From: a virus
Strand: one strand, 5' to 3'
DNA length: 64,000 nucleotides
Virus record (IMG/VR): IMGVR_UViG_3300016669_000002
The translations under genes and the position numbers were made by a program. Shown here one piece after another: positions 58,108-64,000 of this stretch (position 1 is its first letter; each line of letters begins with the position of its first letter). Below the pieces are notes generated by a model, which had not been told where the DNA came from, ran no database searches, and was given only the letters and a program-made list of their open reading frames with translations.

Positions 58108-61100
58108 ATGGCAGATTATGTTTTAAGCGCCAAGTTGACGGCGGATGCTAATGGGTTTTCTAAAGTATTTCAACAAGCAAATCAGCAACTGACCAATTTA
58201 TCAAAAGGCGTGCAAAATGCCGGACGTGAGATTACTGGTTTCGGTAAAAATATGGCCATTACAGGCGCCGGAATGACAGCAGGATTCACTGCTCCTTTCT
58301 TAAAAGCAATCAAGACCACAGGCGATTTTGAAGCCTCTATGACCAAAGCGGGTGCTATTGCGGGTGCAAGTTCTAGTGAACTTGATAAAATGACCGAATC
58401 AGCGCTTGAATTAGGCGCATCAACGTCACTAAGTTCCACAGAAGTTGCGGATGCAATGACTGAAATGGCCGCTAAAGGTTTTGATGCTACTCAAACAATT
58501 GCAGCAATGCCCGGTGTAATTTCAGCCGCTGAAGCTTCTGGTGAAGATCTAGCGTTAACTGCTGATACTGTGGCTAGTGCATTGAATGGTTTTGGTCTTG
58601 AAGCTAGCGAATCTGGACGTGTTGCGGATATCTTAGCAATGGCGGCGAATGCAACTGCAGCAGGTGTTGGTGATATGGGTAATGCGTTTAAATATGCGGC
58701 ACCTATTGCTAACTCACTAGGTATTGATATTGAGGAATTATCAGCTTCAATCGGTATCATGACTAATGCGGGTCTTGAGGGCGGACAAGCGGGTACAACA
58801 TTAAGGCAGGCTTTTTCTCGTTTAACGAAACCAACCAATGAAGCGGAAACAGCAATGGAAAATCTTGGTTTTTCCGCAGTTGATTCAAATGGTAATTTTA
58901 AAGATTTAACCACAATTGTTGGCGATTTAAACTCGTCAATGGACGGAATGACTGAAGCACAGAAAATGGCAGCATTGTCTACTATTTTCGGTACTGAAGC
59001 AGCTTCTGGTATGAATATCTTGTTAGCGGCTGGTCAAGAAGAATTAGCTGGCTTAACTGCTGAATTAGAAAATTCAGAAGGGGCTAGTGCGGATGCTGCC
59101 GCTCAAATGAAAGATAACTTGAACGGTGCTTTAGAAAATCTAACTGGTGCAATCGAATCGGCAACTATTTCAATGATGAGTAAGTTAACACCGTTTCTAC
59201 AAGACCTAGCAAGTTGGACAACGGGAATCGTTGATCAATTTAACGGATTAAGTGAAGGAACACAAACACTCATTGCCTTTGGAGCATTAGGAATTGCTGC
59301 ATTAGGTCCATTGTTAACAATCCTAGGTGTAATGACCATGGGTATTGGTGGACTAGTCACAGCTATTGGTTTCCTAATTAGTCCGGTTGGCCTTGTGATA
59401 AGTGCCATAGTCGCTCTAGGGGCGGTGTTTGGACGTCAAATGGCCACTAATGAAGCCTTTAGGTCAAATGTATTTAGTGTATTTGAAGCGATTCGTAGCA
59501 AGATTACAGAAGTGATCAATACCATTGTGCCGATAGTGTCAAATCTATGGTCACAGGTTCAACCAGTGCTTGAAAGTTTTGGTTCTAGCATTTCAACCAT
59601 TTTCCAAAATATCGCGCCACAAATTATCCCAACATTACAGAATTTAGGTTCACAGATTGCCACTGTTTTCCAAACGGTATGGGGCATTATCCAAGCGGTA
59701 GCGCCTATATTCACTACTTTATTTAGCAGTATTATCAATGGCTTTAATTCTGTAGGTGGTGCAACTAGCGGTTTTGGTATCAATCTAAGCACCGTTTTAA
59801 TCGGTGTTAGTCCATTAATTAAAGGGATTATTTTATTGTTCCAAAACTTTGGACCACAGATCGTGAGTGCTTTCCAACAAATCGCAAGTATGGTAATTCC
59901 AGTAGTGGCAACAATAGGTACTGCCTTAGGTCAACTTGCAGCGGCAGTCATTCCAATGCTGACACAAGCAATGGCCAGCTTAGTACCAACAGTCATGTTG
60001 ATTGGTCAAACCTTTATGGCGATTATAACAGCAGTTTTACCAGTTGTAATTTCGCTATTTAACCAGTTAGTGCCAATTATCATGCAGTTGGTAATGGCAT
60101 TTATGAATGTGGTAGCGCAAGTGATGCCACTGGTCGCAACTTTAGTGAGCGCTTTGCTACCAGTAATTCAAAGTATTATACAAGCAGTAATGAACGTGGT
60201 TACAGCCGTTGCCCCAGCGGTAATTGCGATAATTCAAATGATTGTTGCGGCTATTAATGCGATGTTACCAATCATCATGTCTATTATAACGATTGTGGTC
60301 CAAGTGGTGTCGGCGGTAATTGCCACCATTTCGCCAATTGTCGCTTTTATCGGAACTGTAATTTCAGGCATTATGTCAGTGATCACGCCAATCATCGTAT
60401 TTGTTGCTGGTGTAATTAGTTCCGTAATAGCAGTTATTACGCCAATTATTGCTGTTGTCACTGGGATATTTAACACAGTTTTCACGGTTGTAAGTGGTAT
60501 TTGGCAAAACATTATGACCTTTATCGGTTCAGCAATTAATGCCATTGGACAAATTATTAGTAGTTTAACTGGTATTGTCGGCGGTGTATTTAACAGCATT
60601 TACAGCACTGTTACTGGCACCATGCAGAATGTATCAAGCGCAATCACGAATGTCTTTAGCGCCATTCAAAATGCGTGGACAGGGTTGCAAAGCTTTGTTA
60701 GTGGCGTATTCAGTGGTATTGGTAGTGCGGTTCAACAATTAGTGAATCAAGTTAAAGGCTTCGTGAATGATGTTATAGGTGGAGTTAATGCTGCAGTTGG
60801 TTTAATCAACAAGATTCCCGGTGTATCAATCGGTACTATTCCATATTTACAACATGGTACAGATAACTGGTCTGGTGGATTTGCAATGATGAACGAAGGT
60901 GGACGTGGTGAGTTGGTTAACTTACCGAATGGTGCCCAAGTAATTCCACACGATGTCAGCATGCGCTATGCCCGTGAAGCCGGACGAATGAACGCTGAAA
61001 ACACGGGTGGCGAGTATGTATTCAGCGGAACAGATACAAGTAGAATTGAAAGCTTGCTAACTAGAATTGCGGAAAGTGGCTCACAGATTATCCTTGATAC

Positions 61101-61185
61101 AGGAGAATTCGTCGGGGCTACATATCCACAATACGATAGAGTAGGCGGAAGTCATGCAAGTTTAGTAGAAAGGTGGGGTGGATAA
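58108..61185 (+). CDS. Tape measure protein (copy 2)
   Basis: Same translation as 22010-25087. Confidence 0.96.
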   Translation: MADYVLSAKLTADANGFSKVFQQANQQLTNLSKGVQNAGREITGFGKNMAITGAGMTAGFTAPFLKAIKTTGDFEASMTKAGAIAGASSSELDKMTESALELGASTSLSSTEVADAMTEMAAKGFDATQTIAAMPGVISAAEASGEDLALTADTVASALNGFGLEASESGRVADILAMAANATAAGVGDMGNAFKYAAPIANSLGIDIEELSASIGIMTNAGLEGGQAGTTLRQAFSRLTKPTNEAETAMENLGFSAVDSNGNFKDLTTIVGDLNSSMDGMTEAQKMAALSTIFGTEAASGMNILLAAGQEELAGLTAELENSEGASADAAAQMKDNLNGALENLTGAIESATISMMSKLTPFLQDLASWTTGIVDQFNGLSEGTQTLIAFGALGIAALGPLLTILGVMTMGIGGLVTAIGFLISPVGLVISAIVALGAVFGRQMATNEAFRSNVFSVFEAIRSKITEVINTIVPIVSNLWSQVQPVLESFGSSISTIFQNIAPQIIPTLQNLGSQIATVFQTVWGIIQAVAPIFTTLFSSIINGFNSVGGATSGFGINLSTVLIGVSPLIKGIILLFQNFGPQIVSAFQQIASMVIPVVATIGTALGQLAAAVIPMLTQAMASLVPTVMLIGQTFMAIITAVLPVVISLFNQLVPIIMQLVMAFMNVVAQVMPLVATLVSALLPVIQSIIQAVMNVVTAVAPAVIAIIQMIVAAINAMLPIIMSIITIVVQVVSAVIATISPIVAFIGTVISGIMSVITPIIVFVAGVISSVIAVITPIIAVVTGIFNTVFTVVSGIWQNIMTFIGSAINAIGQIISSLTGIVGGVFNSIYSTVTGTMQNVSSAITNVFSAIQNAWTGLQSFVSGVFSGIGSAVQQLVNQVKGFVNDVIGGVNAAVGLINKIPGVSIGTIPYLQHGTDNWSGGFAMMNEGGRGELVNLPNGAQVIPHDVSMRYAREAGRMNAENTGGEYVFSGTDTSRIESLLTRIAESGSQIILDTGEFVGATYPQYDRVGGSHASLVERWGG

Positions 61186-62159
61186 TGGAACAAATCATTG
61201 AAAAGATAAATTTTGGTGAATTTGACAGCCAAAAGCGTAAAATGCACTTGTTAGAACGGTCTGCCCCAACACCATCTAGAAAAGAGAAACGGGAATCGCT
61301 AGCGTATATGCAGGGTGATTACGATTTTTCTGGACTAGATGGCCAAGAGTATCACGAAAACCGTGAATTATCATACACATTTTACGTTTTAGAACGTGAT
61401 TATGAGTACAGAAAGCATAATCAGACGGTAATTGAAAATGAGTTGATGAGATATGGCGAAATACCGTTATATGACAGCTATTCAGTTGGGTATTACTATC
61501 ATGCGAAATGTATGGGGGTGCGTGTAACGGATGACCACTTATCCAATAGATTAATTATCGAAATTACTTTCAAAGGCTATCCATTCAAAACAAGTATTTT
61601 ACCTGAAGGTCACGATCTCGTGGCCTTTATTAATGTTGACTTGGACGTACGACAGTATACTAACTTCAGTTTTAAATCTAAATGGTCTAACTTCAAGCAA
61701 TTAAATGTTGGCGATATGGCTACCTATGGTGCATGGGCAACTCAATACTATGATCCGAATACCTCAACTGGTGGTGGCGCTAGCATTAATCCTAGATTTC
61801 ATGGGATTACATATAGAATTGTGGATAAGATTGCGGTAAATATCTCTGATTTAAGGCCATCTAGATATGCTTATAAGCTAGCTAACTATGATGGCTGGCT
61901 ACTAGAACAGGATATATTGCAAGCTCAAACGGAATTTTTGGATATCATCCTAGTAAATTCTGGAATTGCTGACGTACCACCTAAAATCACAACCAACCAC
62001 TCGGTTACAATTGTACGTGACAATGAAATTTACAACTTAATGCCCGGAATATACAAAACAGAACAATTCGTTTTAAAATCTGGTGAAAACAGCCTGCAAC
62101 TATATATTCCAAATGTTACTTTGAAGATTGATTTTACTTGGTATAAGGAGCTGATTTAA
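61173..62159 (+). CDS. Dit (copy 2)
   Basis: Same translation as 25075-26061. Confidence 0.8.
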   Translation: MGWIMEQIIEKINFGEFDSQKRKMHLLERSAPTPSRKEKRESLAYMQGDYDFSGLDGQEYHENRELSYTFYVLERDYEYRKHNQTVIENELMRYGEIPLYDSYSVGYYYHAKCMGVRVTDDHLSNRLIIEITFKGYPFKTSILPEGHDLVAFINVDLDVRQYTNFSFKSKWSNFKQLNVGDMATYGAWATQYYDPNTSTGGGASINPRFHGITYRIVDKIAVNISDLRPSRYAYKLANYDGWLLEQDILQAQTEFLDIILVNSGIADVPPKITTNHSVTIVRDNEIYNLMPGIYKTEQFVLKSGENSLQLYIPNVTLKIDFTWYKELI

Positions 62160-64000
62160 TGTATCGTGTAACAATTTACGATGGACCAGATGACCCAGTT
62201 GGGGAACTTATACACATGGACGGTGCTAAAATTCGGAAAGCTCCTTTTAAGCTGCATTTGAAAAAAGAAGGTATTGATGATGTTTCAATAAAGATGAATG
62301 TCAATAATCCCGGATGGCTAAAGATGCACCCAAAACGTACACTGATTGAAATTTACAATGAACGTACAGGTAACTATATTTTCAAGGGTAGAGTATTAAA
62401 GCCCACAAGAAAAATGAATGAAACTGGTATTTTTACGAAAACTTTTGCTTGTGAAGGTAGATTAGCCTATTTGCATGATTCAGAGCAAACTTGGGAGAAA
62501 GTACAAGATACTACCATTGCTGATTTTTTCAAAAAATTGATTGAAAATCATAATGAGCAAGTAGAGCCATACAAGCGTTTCAAATTCGGCCGTGTAACAG
62601 TTAAAAGCAACACTAACAACGTTTATAGGTACATCGGATACGGTAGTACCTATGATGAAATAAAAGAGGACTTAATGGACTCTCTAGGCGGATATTTGCA
62701 GTTGCGTGATGAGCCAGACGGCACCTATATTGATTATCTCGAAGAAATTGGGGAAGTTCGAGAAGAACCTATTCATTTAAAAAATCGACTGCAATCTTTT
62801 GAAAGCGAAATTGACCCAACTGAAGTGATCACTAGAATTCGAGTGTTGGGCGCAACGATTGATGAAGAAACAGAAGAAGGCGCTGAAGAAACACAAGCGG
62901 TAAGTAGCCCTAGAATCACCATGGCTAGTGTGAATAACGGTCTTGATTATATTGTGGATGAAGCGCTTGAAAAGGAATTTGGTATACAATATGGAACAAT
63001 TATTTATGATGACGTCCGTGACCCTAATACCCTTTTAAATCGCGCCAAATCGTACAGAGATGCACAGCAATCAGCAAAAATAAGCTACTCAATTACAGCG
63101 TTAAACATTGACTTAATCAGAACTGATGTTGAAGCTTTGGTTCTAGGGGATACTTATCCAATTATGGCCAACATTGAATTTAACACAGTTGATTATTTGC
63201 AGATTGTTGAAATGACCATTGATTCTGAAAACTTACAGAAACACCAATTGACAGTCGGATCTACATTCAAGACTTTAACGCAATATCAAGCACTGCAAGC
63301 TAAACGTTTAACACAAGTGTACGCGCTGAAAGCAACAGTTGATAGGCAGTCTAGACAGTTGAATTTAGTTTCTTCTGGTCAAAAACAACTTTCGGAACTG
63401 TACAATGCCGTTTCTGAAAATGCTGGTAAGGTACCAGATATCGAGAAACAACTAAAACAGATTTTAGAAAGCCTTGAAAATGGCGGTGGAAGTGATGTTG
63501 ATGAAAACGGCTACTCAACAACCAGAGTATTCCCAGTCGACTACACTCTAGAGGGCGTTAACTATTTCGTTCGTGAAGGTAAATCACCAGGATCAATCGA
63601 ATATGACATGACGTACGGCATGCGTGACGGCGTATTGCATAGCGGTCATGATATTGGTACTAATGGCGATAGAAACTACACAGCTCACGCAACGACTGAT
63701 GGCGTTGTCCGTAAAGCCGAATTTATGTCTGGCGGAATCGGTAACGCGGTGTACGTGGAACATACTGGTGACAAATATTGGTCTAACTACATGCACTTGA
63801 AATCAATCAGTGTAGCGGTTGGTCAGACGGTCAAAGCTGGTGACGTGATTGGTGTAATTGGTGGAACAGGCGGAGATTATGCGCCACATTTACATTACGA
63901 GATTAGTCCTGATGGCAATTTCCATAGTTCCGGTAATACGGTCAATCCGCAAAGCTACTTGGGCATTACTGGGGACAATACAACAAGTTTGCCGAGACCA
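62159..64000 (+). CDS. Tal-M23 (copy 2; the last bases are cut by the window end)
   Basis: Same sequence as 26061-27902. Confidence 0.88.
   Translation, partial: MYRVTIYDGPDDPVGELIHMDGAKIRKAPFKLHLKKEGIDDVSIKMNVNNPGWLKMHPKRTLIEIYNERTGNYIFKGRVLKPTRKMNETGIFTKTFACEGRLAYLHDSEQTWEKVQDTTIADFFKKLIENHNEQVEPYKRFKFGRVTVKSNTNNVYRYIGYGSTYDEIKEDLMDSLGGYLQLRDEPDGTYIDYLEEIGEVREEPIHLKNRLQSFESEIDPTEVITRIRVLGATIDEETEEGAEETQAVSSPRITMASVNNGLDYIVDEALEKEFGIQYGTIIYDDVRDPNTLLNRAKSYRDAQQSAKISYSITALNIDLIRTDVEALVLGDTYPIMANIEFNTVDYLQIVEMTIDSENLQKHQLTVGSTFKTLTQYQALQAKRLTQVYALKATVDRQSRQLNLVSSGQKQLSELYNAVSENAGKVPDIEKQLKQILESLENGGGSDVDENGYSTTRVFPVDYTLEGVNYFVREGKSPGSIEYDMTYGMRDGVLHSGHDIGTNGDRNYTAHATTDGVVRKAEFMSGGIGNAVYVEHTGDKYWSNYMHLKSISVAVGQTVKAGDVIGVIGGTGGDYAPHLHYEISPDGNFHSSGNTVNPQSYLGITGDNTTSLPRP

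Larger units (their letters stand above)
36099..64000. repeat. Second head-to-tail copy of positions 1-27902 (offset +36098)
   Basis: ORFs in the track recur with identical translations shifted by 36098 nt (Tal is cut by the window end); no host DNA between copies. Confidence 0.98.

Overview
The window contains only phage DNA. It is one complete 36,098-bp temperate siphovirus genome (1-36098) from a low-GC Firmicute, probably Lactobacillales, followed head-to-tail by an apparently identical partial second copy (36099-64000; offset +36098). An intact attP (34674-34866) lies at the end of the first copy, so this is an excised circle or concatemer, a tandem prophage, or an assembly over-run. Gene order is conventional: lysogeny (int, SIR2, Zn-ribbon/PH, ImmA, CI), Cro/antirepressor, YqaJ-RecT, replication initiator, SSB, NrdH, ArpU, TerS/TerL, SPP1-like portal and head, TP901-1-type tail with a -1 frameshifted chaperone, Dit, Tal-M23, SGNH tail protein, holins and an amidase-LysM-CW_7 lysin. 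The most notable part is the accessory cargo, most of it with its own predicted promoter. (1) A stand-alone SIR2 NADase-like gene has a convergent, promoter- and terminator-bounded ~110-nt structured RNA abutting its stop codon. (2) A HEPN-like gene sits antisense in the tail module, tail-to-tail with an 82-aa late gene. (3) There is an antisense Cas2/VapD-like gene, (4) a YfbU-family gene behind a ~470-nt structured non-coding region that includes a decayed tRNA, (5) a membrane moron in front of the lysis genes, and (6) a two-gene beta-rich plus coiled-coil/TM cassette beside attP. All family assignments come from reading motifs by eye; no database searches or folding programs were run.
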